Shown here: piece by piece, positions 10,666 through 19,138 of the stretch | Layout of the letters: each line of letters begins with the position of its first letter | How positions within the stretch are numbered: position 1 is the first letter of the stretch | Assembly (NCBI GenBank): GCA_963707505.1 | Contig: CAVPQB010000006.1 | Coordinates: forward strand, 352,001 to 416,000 | Direction: 5' to 3' | Origin: an uncultured Gemmatimonadales bacterium | GTDB lineage: Bacteria > Gemmatimonadota > Gemmatimonadetes > Gemmatimonadales > Gemmatimonadaceae | DNA: 64,000 nt | Notes under the pieces: generated by a model | What the model was told of the DNA's origin: nothing | The model's database searches: none | Seen by the model: only the letters and a program-made list of their open reading frames with translations | Made by a program: the position numbers and the translations under genes

Positions 10666-10947
10666 CTAATGACTTATCGTGCCCAGCTTGCTCGTATCGA
10701 TCTCGCTGGACTCGCCGCGCTTGAACAGGAACGCTTCCATGTTGCGCGTGATGAACTGACGCGCCTGGGGGTCCATCACGTTGAGACCGTAGTGATTGAT
10801 CAGCATCGTCTGCTGCTTGAGCCAGTCGCCCCAGCAGACCTGGCAGATCTCGCCGAGTGCGCGCGCGCCGATCGGACCGGGGAACGGTGCGCGCTCGAAT
10901 CCTTCACGCGTCTGGCCGCAGCGCGTGCATGTTACTGTTGCTGGCAT
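10666..10947 (-). CDS. yggX: Fe(II)-trafficking / oxidative damage protection protein YggX, four-Cys variant
   Basis: PFPGPIGAR...W..WLKQQTMLINHYGLNVMDPQARQFI...MEAFLF matches the YggX consensus. Confidence 0.85.
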   Translation of the reverse strand: MPATVTCTRCGQTREGFERAPFPGPIGARALGEICQVCWGDWLKQQTMLINHYGLNVMDPQARQFITRNMEAFLFKRGESSEIDTSKLGTISH

Positions 10948-11786
10948 TCTTCCATTCTGGTTCTCGGGTTACGCGAGCGGGTTGCGGAGGCGCGCGTTAC
11001 GGCGGCGTCACGCACTTCCGCCGGCTCGTGCTGCCGCATTCCGCGCGCGTACTTGATCTCGGCGAGACGGAACATCGCGAGGATGCGGAGATACAGCGCA
11101 CCGACATCGAACTCGAACCAGCGCGCGGAGAAAACTGCGCTGTGCGGATCTGCGTGGTGGTTGTTGTGCAGCTCCTCACCGCCAAGCCAGATGCCGATGG
11201 GCGAGATGTTGCGGCTCTCGTCCTTGACGTCGAAGTTGCGATAGCCGACTGCGTGACCGACGCCGTTAATGATGCCAGCTGCCCAGAACGGAATCCAGAT
11301 CATCTGAATGCCCCACACCAGCGGTCCGACGAAGAATCCGAAGAGCCAGATGTCGATGCCCAGCATCAGCAGGATGCCGACCCAGTTGAGCTTGGAGAAG
11401 ACATGACGCTCGAGCCAGTCGGTGGGAGTTCCCTTGCCGTACTTCTCCAGCATGCCCGGTTGCCTGACCGCCTTGCGGTAGTAGAAGGCGCCCTTGAGCA
11501 CGATGTTGCGGAGACCTTCCATCAGCGGCGAGTGCGGATCACCCTCGCGGTCCGCAAATGCGTGGTGCTTGCGGTGGCAGGCCACCCATTCCTTCGTGAC
11601 GATGGCCGTCGACAGCCACAGCCAGATGCGCATCGGAAGCGCAGCCAGATAGTGGAGCTCGACACCGCGATGGGTCTGGGCACGATGGAGGAAGATCGTC
11701 ACGCAGACGTTTGTGATGTGTCCAGCGACGATGATGAAAAGAACCGGCTTCCACCAGGCGGTGGCGAGAGCTGCGAAATGGGGCAT
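10932..11786 (-). CDS. Membrane fatty acid desaturase (delta-9 acyl-CoA type)
   Basis: His boxes LHRAQTH, HRKHH, ELHNNHH; GDPHSP; WFEFD. Confidence 0.92.
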   Translation of the reverse strand: MPHFAALATAWWKPVLFIIVAGHITNVCVTIFLHRAQTHRGVELHYLAALPMRIWLWLSTAIVTKEWVACHRKHHAFADREGDPHSPLMEGLRNIVLKGAFYYRKAVRQPGMLEKYGKGTPTDWLERHVFSKLNWVGILLMLGIDIWLFGFFVGPLVWGIQMIWIPFWAAGIINGVGHAVGYRNFDVKDESRNISPIGIWLGGEELHNNHHADPHSAVFSARWFEFDVGALYLRILAMFRLAEIKYARGMRQHEPAEVRDAAVTRASATRSRNPRTRMEECQQQ

Positions 11787-11900
11787 TATGGCGTCAATCT
11801 CCGTGATCTGTAGCAGAGTTGTAATCTATAAAGACGCAGGAATCAGGGTATCAGGCAAAATCCTACCGAACGATTGTTCGAATGGTCGTCGATCAAGCGG

Positions 11901-12998
11901 ATGGGTCAAAGCGACGCAGCCACTTGCGATGGCGCCACTTGCGATGGCGCCACTCGGCCGGCATCATCCCGCGACATGCCAACAGCCGCCCATTCCGAAT
12001 CTCCTCCGAGTCCGCCATCCCCGCCGCTTTCCGCAATCGGGATCGGCTCGGCGCTGGGCGCGCCGACGGATGAGGAGGACGCGGCTTACGATCGCGCGTT
12101 ACGGCGTGCGATCGAGCTGGGTGTGAATCACGTGGATACGGCGATCAATTATCGCTGTCAGAGATCCGAGCGCGTGATCGGGCGTGTGCTGCGCGACGTC
12201 GGTACCGGTACCGGAGGAGCGCACGATGCGAAAATCTTCGTGACGACCAAGGGCGGATATCTGCCACTGGAAGCGCCGCCGCCGGCGAGCAAGGAAGAGT
12301 ACCGTGCGTACATCACGCGTGAATATCTCGATACGGGAATCATCGACGCCGCCGAGCTGGTTGCGGGCGGCCACTGCATCGCACCGAAATTTCTGCGCAA
12401 TCAGGTCGAGCGCAGTATCGCGAACCTTGGCGTCGATTCGATCGACATCTATTACATACACAATCCGGAACAGCAGCTCGAGGCGATTACGTCCAAGGAG
12501 TTCGACAATCGCATGCATGACGCGTTCGCCGAGTTGGAGCGCTGTGTGAACGATGGGTTGATACAGTCATACGGTTGCGCGACGTGGAACGGCCTTCGCG
12601 TTCCGGCGGACGCGCAGAATCACATATCCGTCGAATCGCTCGTGTCTGCCGCACGCGACGTGGCGGGCGACGAGCATCACATGGTTGCCGTGCAGATGCC
12701 GGTGAATCTCGGGATGATGGAAGGAGTGCGCTCGCCGACGCAGATGGTGAATGGACACCAGCGTACAGCACTCGAATCCGCCGGCGACATGGGAGTCGCG
12801 ATGATAGCGGTCGCTCCGCTCATGCAGGGACGTCTGGCGACCAATCTCCCGCCGGCTGCGCGTGAGGCGTTCCCGGAAGCGAAGACGGATGCCGCGTGCG
12901 CGTTGTCGTTCGTGCGAATGCTGCCGAATATTGCGAGCATCGTAGTGGGAATGCGCGACGTGAGACATGTGGAGGAGAACGTGGAGCTCTTCACGTAG
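11901..12998 (+). CDS. Aldo/keto reductase
   Basis: GVNHVDTAINYRCQRSE, TKGG, IDIYYIHNPE, VVGMRDVRHVEEN. Start is uncertain (11874/11901/11976). Confidence 0.85.
   Translation: MGQSDAATCDGATCDGATRPASSRDMPTAAHSESPPSPPSPPLSAIGIGSALGAPTDEEDAAYDRALRRAIELGVNHVDTAINYRCQRSERVIGRVLRDVGTGTGGAHDAKIFVTTKGGYLPLEAPPPASKEEYRAYITREYLDTGIIDAAELVAGGHCIAPKFLRNQVERSIANLGVDSIDIYYIHNPEQQLEAITSKEFDNRMHDAFAELERCVNDGLIQSYGCATWNGLRVPADAQNHISVESLVSAARDVAGDEHHMVAVQMPVNLGMMEGVRSPTQMVNGHQRTALESAGDMGVAMIAVAPLMQGRLATNLPPAAREAFPEAKTDAACALSFVRMLPNIASIVVGMRDVRHVEENVELFT
11919..11954 (+). repeat. 15-bp tandem repeat (GCCACTTGCGATGGC x2.4)
   Basis: Direct read of sequence at the 5' end of the AKR gene. Confidence 0.85.
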
Positions 12999-13012
12999 CG
13001 GTGTGAAGCTCG

Positions 13013-14092
13013 ATGCGAGTCGCGATCGTCGGTGGCGGGATCAATGGTGTGATGAGCGCATGGGCGCTCCGACGACGCGGCCACGAGGTCACGCTGTTCG
13101 AGCGCGGCGTGCTGATGGGCGCGACGAGTGGTGCATCCAGCAAGCTGCTGCACGGCGGCCTGCGGTATCTCGAGCAGGGTGACGTACGGCAGGTGTACGA
13201 GGGATTGCACGAGCGACGCTGGTGGATGCAGCGCGCGCCGGAGCTCACGCGACGGGTCGAGCTGTTTCTGCCGTTGTACAGTCATGCGCCGCACGGACGT
13301 CTCGCGCTAGCCGCGGGTCTCACTGCATACGACCTGCTTGCGGGCCGAGCGAGACTCGGGCGTCATCGATGGTGGAGCAAAGGACATATACCGGAGCGCG
13401 CAAGCGGCCTCAAGCGCGACGGATTGCGCGGTGCGTTCTCGTACTGGGACGCGCAGATGGACGACGCGGCGCTCGGCCGCTGGGCGGCTGACCGCGCGCG
13501 TGACGACGGCGTCGTGATTCACGAGAACACCGAAGTCACGCACATCGCGTGCGATGGTGAACTGCGTACGACGCGTAGCACTTCGCGATTCGACGTGATA
13601 GTGAACATTGCGGGACCATGGGCGCGTGCATTGCTGGACGCGAGCGGAATCGCATCGCACACGCGGCTCGATCTCGTGCGCGGGTCTCATCTCGTTGTGA
13701 ACAGACCCACTGAAGCCGGATTCGCGTTGAACCTGCCGTCGGATGGCCGGCTCGTGTTTGTGCTGCCGCATCACGGACGCACTCTGGTTGGAACGACGGA
13801 AGTGCGTCAGACGCTCGCGGATCCAATTGCATGTAGCGGCGCGGAGCGTGCATATCTCGTGGATGCATACAATACGTTCTTTGTGAACGCGATTGGTGAT
13901 GCGGACATCGAGGCGACGTTCGCCGGCGTGCGCCCGTTGGTGGATTCGGGGAAGTCGGCGCACGCGCAGCGGCGTGGAGAGACGATCGAAGTGGACGGTC
14001 GTGTCGTGAGCGTGTTCGGTGGTAAATGGACGACGTCGCGGTTGCTGGGAGAGCGGGTAGCGGATGCGGTGCAAACCGTGCACGATCAGTAA
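13013..14092 (+). CDS. FAD-dependent glycerol-3-phosphate dehydrogenase/oxidase-like protein (short form)
   Basis: IVGGGING, TSGASSKLLHGGLRYLE, AGPW, RGSHLV, VGTTE, AGVRPL, GGKWTT; lacks the GlpD C-terminal domain. Confidence 0.85.
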   Translation: MRVAIVGGGINGVMSAWALRRRGHEVTLFERGVLMGATSGASSKLLHGGLRYLEQGDVRQVYEGLHERRWWMQRAPELTRRVELFLPLYSHAPHGRLALAAGLTAYDLLAGRARLGRHRWWSKGHIPERASGLKRDGLRGAFSYWDAQMDDAALGRWAADRARDDGVVIHENTEVTHIACDGELRTTRSTSRFDVIVNIAGPWARALLDASGIASHTRLDLVRGSHLVVNRPTEAGFALNLPSDGRLVFVLPHHGRTLVGTTEVRQTLADPIACSGAERAYLVDAYNTFFVNAIGDADIEATFAGVRPLVDSGKSAHAQRRGETIEVDGRVVSVFGGKWTTSRLLGERVADAVQTVHDQ

Positions 14093-14197
14093 TGGTCCAT
14101 CCTGATCCTGAAATCCTTTCCCGTCGGGATGGAACTCTTAATCCACTGATGGGTAACAGCGTGTGCACATCTGTTTTTGCGGCATCGCCTTATTTGC

Positions 14198-14227
14198 TTG
14201 ACTTCCCCGATACCCCGGGGTTACCGT
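14198..14227 (+). promoter_or_regulatory. Candidate sigma70-type promoter
   Basis: TTGACT (14198-14203), 18-nt spacer, TACCGT (14222-14227) upstream of the leader ORF. Confidence 0.45.
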
Positions 14228-14305
14228 ACCAACAGACGGCTGCGTCACGGCAGTTAAACACCATTCGGAACACGCAACCGTTTTTTTGCTAACGGAGATC
14301 ATCTA

Positions 14306-14518
14306 ATGTCGACTTCAACTCAGCGCGCGGATCTCGATCCGACTTGCGGCACTGGCCGGTCAATGGCCTGCCGGCCGGTCGGCTTGCGCGCGCCCAAACG
14401 AGTCGATCTGAGATGGATGATGCGTCGGAGCACGAGTTGCAGCCGAGTGTCGGCCATGCGACCGCGCACATCTCCCAATAGCAGGACGGGCAGCCAGGAG
14501 TACCGCTACAGCGGTTGA
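14306..14518 (+). CDS. Putative 70-aa leader peptide (attenuator uORF)
   Basis: GGAG 8 nt before ATG; Arg/Ser-rich low-complexity peptide ending QEYRYSG; stop lies directly upstream of the antiterminator/terminator. Confidence 0.55.
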   Translation: MSTSTQRADLDPTCGTGRSMACRPVGLRAPKRVDLRWMMRRSTSCSRVSAMRPRTSPNSRTGSQEYRYSG

Positions 14519-14560
14519 TCCGGCTCACAGTCAGAGGCGGGTTTCCCACTCGCCAACTCG

Positions 14561-14605
14561 ACACCCCGCCTGCGCTTTCCAGCCTGGCGGGGTGTTTTTC
14601 GTTTT
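14561..14605 (+). terminator. Intrinsic terminator with overlapping antiterminator
   Basis: 10-bp stem ACACCCCGCC (14561-14570)/GGCGGGGTGT (14586-14595) followed by TTTTCGTTTT. AGGCGGG (14535-14541) can alternatively pair with CCCGCCT (14565-14571). Confidence 0.8.
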
Positions 14606-14687
14606 CCAGCCACGCGTACACGACGCACGCTCTGCGGACGAATCACGCGGCACGACGCACTTGCTCGAATAACGACAGGAGGCAAGG

Positions 14688-14816
14688 ATGAAGGCACTAT
14701 GGACCAAATTCGCAGTCCCGGTCTGCATGCCACCAGCGATCTCCGAACGCAACACGCAACGCGCGGCGCACCGAACGGAGGACGAATCAGAAATCATCAA
14801 TGGCAACGCGAATTAG
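14688..14816 (+). CDS. Putative 42-aa small protein
   Basis: AGGAGG 5 nt before ATG; MKALWTKFAVPVCMPPAISERNTQRAAHRTEDESEIINGNAN; below ORF-track cutoff. Confidence 0.4.
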   Translation: MKALWTKFAVPVCMPPAISERNTQRAAHRTEDESEIINGNAN

Positions 14817-14858
14817 AAGAAGCAACGGAAGAAGCGAGAGTGGTAACCGTCAGACGAA

Positions 14859-15152
14859 ATGAAGCAGTGCATTGAGAACGACACGGATCTGCTGAAGGCG
14901 CTGCACCATCGCGCCGATCTGCGTGCAGTGGTGCCGATCGTGCTCGATGTGATCGAACGTGATCCGCTTGCGTCGGCCGGATGCTTTCGTGGCGATCTGC
15001 TACGGGCGCTGATCGAGCTGCCGGCAACGTTCTGGCATGACGATCCGGCATCGTTCCACCGCTACAAGGAGGCGGTGCGCGCGGGTGCAATCGCGCGACT
15101 GGCGCTGCCACGCTCGGAGCGCATGGCGTTCTGGACGAACGCCGACGGGTAG
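14859..15152 (+). CDS. Small protein resembling the C-terminal half of contact-dependent inhibition (CdiI-type) immunity proteins
   Basis: VVPIVLDVIERDPLASAGCFRGDLLRALIELPATFW resembles the LVPLAL..L..DPL..G..YPGDLL..V...P..FW motif (recalled, not searched). Confidence 0.55.
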   Translation: MKQCIENDTDLLKALHHRADLRAVVPIVLDVIERDPLASAGCFRGDLLRALIELPATFWHDDPASFHRYKEAVRAGAIARLALPRSERMAFWTNADG

Positions 15153-15174
15153 GGCGCGAAAGATTCGAAGAAAG

Positions 15175-15231
15175 TCGTCATGCCCGCGAAAGCGGGGATG
15201 ACGAATCTGGGAGCGTTCGCGGGCATGACGA
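15175..15231. repeat. Family-A palindrome with perfect 16-bp inverted repeat
   Basis: TCGTCATGCCCGCGAA (15175-15190) / TTCGCGGGCATGACGA (15216-15231), with internal GCGGGGATGACGA. Confidence 0.85.
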
Positions 15232-15264
15232 GTATTTGCCCATTCACCAAACAGGAGGACCGAA

Positions 15265-15606
15265 ATGAGATCGACCGGAGCAATATCGAGTGCACAACTG
15301 CGCGAGCTGGAGGCGGACATCCGCTCCGAGCTGGCACGCATCGAGCGATCGCTCGCGCGCGAGACGCAGGAAGAGGCACTGCTCGCGGATAGCTCGTCGC
15401 TTCGCGTTGCTTCCGGCACCGCGAGCGACGGTGGCCTCACGGTCACGCTCACCGGCCGCGTCCATGCTCGGCATGCGGAGCTGACCGAGGCGCTAAGGCG
15501 CATCGAGGACGGGAGGTACGGTGTCTGCGGACACTGTGGGGAGGGCATTGCATATGGACGCCTGCTCGTCGTCCCCGAAGCAACCAACTGCCTGGAGTGC
15601 CGATAA
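15265..15606 (+). CDS. TraR/DksA-family C4 zinc-finger protein
   Basis: ALRRIEDGRYGVCGHCGEGI...RL..VPEATNCLEC; AGGAGG RBS. Confidence 0.88.
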   Translation: MRSTGAISSAQLRELEADIRSELARIERSLARETQEEALLADSSSLRVASGTASDGGLTVTLTGRVHARHAELTEALRRIEDGRYGVCGHCGEGIAYGRLLVVPEATNCLECR

Positions 15607-15660
15607 TGGGTGGCTCTGATCGAAAGCGCCTCGTCATGTGGCGTCGCTTAATGTTGATGC

Positions 15661-16674
15661 ATGCAGCCGCCAGAGGACAGAACGGTTCAGTCACAGATGC
15701 CGATACACAAAAGCACCCACGGGAAATTCCTGAATCCGTGGCCACACACGAGTCCTCACGGACTGCGTGACGTACTGAAATGGGTCCGGGATCGCCGCAG
15801 AACTCGGCGCCCGGATCCGCCGGCGTCGATCTTTCCCCGCGCAACTCCGGCATTCCCCACACGTGCGACGATCGATGAAGTCGTCGTCACATGGATAGGC
15901 CACTCGAGCTTTCTGCTCCAGATCGGATCGGTGAACATTCTGCTGGATCCGATCTGGAGCAAGCGCGCGTCACCGGTGAGCTTCGCCGGTCCCAAACGCG
16001 CGACGGAACCTGGCGTGAGCTTCGATTCGCTGCCGCCGATCGATCTGGTGATGCTCTCACATGACCACTACGACCATCTCGACGTCGCAACGATCCGGCG
16101 CATAGCCGCGCGGCATCCACACGCGCAATTCATCGCGCCGATCGGTGTCGGCGCCTGGCTCCGTGCTCGCGGTGCGAAGGTCGTGGCGGAGCTGGACTGG
16201 TGGCAGAGCATGCACTCGCACAGTCTCGAAATCACCTGCACGCCGGCACAACACTTCTCCGGGAGACGCCCGAACAACCGGGACTCGACGCTCTGGTGCG
16301 GCTGGACGATCCGTGCAGGCGATCGCGCTGTCTTCTTCGCTGGTGACACGGGACGGCATCCGGAGTTCGGCGAGATCACGCGACGACTCGGTCCATTCGA
16401 GGCTGCGTTCATTCCGATCGGCGCTTACGATCCGCGGTGGTTCATGCAGCCGGTGCACATGGCGCCGGATGAAGCCGTATCGGCTTATGTCGATGTCGTC
16501 GCGGAGAACTCGGGACAGGCATGCAGGTTCGTCGCGATGCACTGGGGGACGTTCAAGCTTACGGATGAGCCGCTGGATGAGCCACCGGCGCTTACACGAG
16601 TGGAGTGGGAAAAGGCGGGGCTGGATCCGGAGATGTTATGGGTGATGGCGCACGGGGAGACGCGCAGGGTGTAG
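15661..16674 (+). CDS. MBL-fold metallo-hydrolase (NAPE-PLD/RomA-like)
   Basis: TWIGHSSFL, LSHDHYDHLD, PAQHFSGR, FAGDTG, PIGAY, MHWGTF; start may be 15697. Confidence 0.9.
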   Translation: MQPPEDRTVQSQMPIHKSTHGKFLNPWPHTSPHGLRDVLKWVRDRRRTRRPDPPASIFPRATPAFPTRATIDEVVVTWIGHSSFLLQIGSVNILLDPIWSKRASPVSFAGPKRATEPGVSFDSLPPIDLVMLSHDHYDHLDVATIRRIAARHPHAQFIAPIGVGAWLRARGAKVVAELDWWQSMHSHSLEITCTPAQHFSGRRPNNRDSTLWCGWTIRAGDRAVFFAGDTGRHPEFGEITRRLGPFEAAFIPIGAYDPRWFMQPVHMAPDEAVSAYVDVVAENSGQACRFVAMHWGTFKLTDEPLDEPPALTRVEWEKAGLDPEMLWVMAHGETRRV

Positions 16675-16693
16675 GTGCGGCTAACCCGGCGGT

Positions 16694-16777
16694 CATCCCA
16701 ATCCGATTGCGCCTAAACGGGCCACGCGCGGATACATCCGCGCCCTACGCAGGCGTACCAATTCGGTGCGTGGATAG
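16694..16777 (-). repeat. 84-bp dispersed repeat, family B, containing a GTAG-type REP palindrome
   Basis: Minus strand reads GTAGGGCGCGGATGTATCCGCGCG; aligns end to end with 25410-25493. Confidence 0.8.
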
Positions 16778-16823
16778 CGTCGTCGGGAATGACCACCAAT
16801 TCGGTGCATCAAATGGCTCTTCC

Positions 16824-17619
16824 CTACGCCTTCCCTCGGATCACGGATACCGGGGTCACTATCGAGGTGCAGGTTGTGGTTGATCCGCACGCCCGTGATT
16901 CCGTTCAGCGGTATGTCCTTTCCGGTGATGGTGGTGATCGGGACGCCGTTCACGCTGACGTTCGCCGTCTTGCCGCTGACGTCGATCCTGATCCCGTAGA
17001 GTCCCTTGCCAGATGCATCCTGCACCGGGATCGACGGGTGCGCCGTCCAGTCTGTTACGGTGCGGGTGTTAGCGCCGTCACGGACCTTCACCATGTACTT
17101 GCCGTCGCCTCGCACTATGAAATACGTGTACCTGGCGGTCGGCGCGCCGAGGTTGGAGCCACCGACGAAGACGCCGAATGCTTCAGGGTGTGACGGGGCT
17201 TCCAGCTGCTCGAACGTGGCGGACACGGTGTACTTGTTGGCCGCGGTGTCTTTGGACGAATACAGGATGTGCGCCGGCCCGGTCTTCACTTCCCAGCGGC
17301 CGGGTTCCTTTTCCGAGTACGACGCATCGGAGCTCTTCGCGTTCGCGTGGTCGAACTGCGCGACGTATCCGGTCGGCAGACCGACGCCGCTCGCAGTGTG
17401 GTCCGTGTCGGCGGCAGCGGGTTGCGCGGCGGTCGCGGTGATGGTGCCGGCAACCGGGGCGGAACTGGAAGATGATCTATCGCCCTTGTTGCACCCGACG
17501 ATCAAGGCGGCAGCGCCCAGTGCGATCGCCGCGAACATCGATGCGCTCGGTGTGAATTTGCTGGCGAATCGCCGAACAGGCTGCGAGATTCCGCGCGCTA
17601 CGTGATGATGAGATGGCAT
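16824..17619 (-). CDS. Hypothetical lipoprotein (beta-rich); probable 1-nt insertion near 16864
   Basis: Lipobox LIVGC followed by a Ser/Ala linker. Removing one base after INHNLH gives LIVTPVSVIRGKA-stop (TAG 16824-16826); otherwise the ORF runs into the REP repeat to 16693. Confidence 0.65.
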
Positions 17620-17766
17620 TCGTTGGGATGAATCGGCGTGAATTTCGAATTGTCGCACGGAAAGATATGCACGGATTGCACGAAAAACTCTTGCGCGTTA
17701 TACATTTGTGCGCGATTCTTGCTTGGATTCACGTGAGCTGATTCAACCAACGTTCCGGAGTAGAGC

Positions 17767-18249
17767 ATGGCAACTAAGAAATCGTCCCGTAAGAGCTCGA
17801 GCCGTACTTCCGGTTCACGCACCGGCGCAAAGCGCGGCTCGAAGTCAAAGGCGAAGAAGGGCACGCGCAAGACCGTCGCTCGCAAGGCAACGTCCCGTAA
17901 GGGCGGTGCACGGAAAACCAGTCGTAAAACGACCCGCAAGGCTGCGACCCGCAAGAGCACGAGAAAGGCCGGCGCGCGCAAGACTGGAGGCCGCAAGGCA
18001 ACCAGTAAGCGCGGCGCGAGCAAGACGGCAGCGAAGCGTGGCCCAGCGCGCAAGAAGAGTACGGCGCGCAAGTCGTCCGCTGCCAAAAAGACGCGGAAGA
18101 CGACGCGTAAGAGTACCCGTAAGAGCCCGCGCAAGCAGTCTCCGGTCACGCGTGTGAAGCGCGTTGCGGCTGGTATCGCCGAGCAGGTGACGCACGTTGC
18201 CGAAGGCGCCGCGACTGCGGTAACCGATTTCGTGCAGGACAAGTTCTAG
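17767..18249 (+). CDS. Lys/Arg-rich histone H1-like (Hc2/AlgP-like) basic protein
   Basis: GGAG RBS; repeated RK[AST] units with no acidic residue before position 139; short acidic/hydrophobic C-terminal tail. Confidence 0.8.
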   Translation: MATKKSSRKSSSRTSGSRTGAKRGSKSKAKKGTRKTVARKATSRKGGARKTSRKTTRKAATRKSTRKAGARKTGGRKATSKRGASKTAAKRGPARKKSTARKSSAAKKTRKTTRKSTRKSPRKQSPVTRVKRVAAGIAEQVTHVAEGAATAVTDFVQDKF

Positions 18250-18304
18250 ATAGGGCGGGGATGACGAAGGGTAGGTGAATCCGGATAGCCAGCGGTAACC
18301 GCAG

Positions 18305-19090
18305 CTATTCCGGGGGCCCTGGCTGGGGCGAGGTTCCGGGACCAGTCCCCAGCCAGGCGCGCACCTCCTCGAAGACGCGCTCTCGGCCGTAGTCCACGGT
18401 TATCACATGTCCCCCCGCGTGCGTGAGAACGAGCTTCTTCGATTCCGTCCTCAGTTCCGCGAACGCCTGCCGCGCACTCTGCGTCGAGATCCGATTGTCC
18501 GTTTCGGACTGGATCAACAACGTCGGTGCGGTAATCTCCGGCAGCGCGCGACGCGCCTTGTTGACCAGCAGCGCCAGCTCGTGGATCGATTTCCCGGTCA
18601 CCGATCCGTAAGCCAGATTCGCCTCACGCTCAGCGGGATCCAGGATCGATCGTGTAGTTCGCGAGTGGATCGGGCCGACCACGCCACTCCACAATCCGGA
18701 CGTAGCCGAGAGCCAGCGCAGTCGCTTCGGCATTCTGAGATACGGCGCGATCAGTACGAGCGAAGGCAGGTCGCGCAGCTCGGCGGCCAGTATCGCGGCG
18801 ATCGATCCACCCATCGAGAGACCGCCGACGGCGGTCCACCTGTGACGGGCGCGCATGGCGAACAGCTCGGCGCGCGCGCTGTCCAGCCACTCGATATGCG
18901 ACGACGCGTCCATAGCGCTGATGTTGCGGCCATGGCCTGGGAGCAGGGGGACGCGAACGTCGAATCCCCGCTCGTGCAGGTACCGGGCGAGGTATGACAA
19001 CGTTTGAGGTGTGTCGCCGAAACCGTGCAGGAGAAGAACCCCCCGCTCGTTGCCGGCGCGCAGGTCGAGCTGACGTGCGCCTTGAATTAT
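18305..19090 (-). CDS. Alpha/beta hydrolase (carboxylesterase/monoacylglycerol lipase-like); start codon unresolved
   Basis: GLSMGG nucleophile elbow, LLPGHG, D and GH catalytic residues. The in-frame upstream extension VLLLHGFGDTPQ lies 5' of the ORF-track start at 19000. Confidence 0.8.
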   Translation of the reverse strand: MIQGARQLDLRAGNERGVLLLHGFGDTPQTLSYLARYLHERGFDVRVPLLPGHGRNISAMDASSHIEWLDSARAELFAMRARHRWTAVGGLSMGGSIAAILAAELRDLPSLVLIAPYLRMPKRLRWLSATSGLWSGVVGPIHSRTTRSILDPAEREANLAYGSVTGKSIHELALLVNKARRALPEITAPTLLIQSETDNRISTQSARQAFAELRTESKKLVLTHAGGHVITVDYGRERVFEEVRAWLGTGPGTSPQPGPPE

Positions 19091-19138
19091 GTCTGCTATC
19101 GGAATCGACGGGAATGCGAGCTGCTACTGCTCGGTGCT

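Noticed and set aside
14606..14860. Possible tRNA or tRNA-like genes after the terminator
   Set aside because: No T-loop GTTCRA or cloverleaf could be found.
17598..18242. 214-aa Leu/Arg-rich minus-strand ORF
   Set aside because: Antisense mirror of the Lys/Arg-rich histone-like gene, which has the RBS and a plausible composition.
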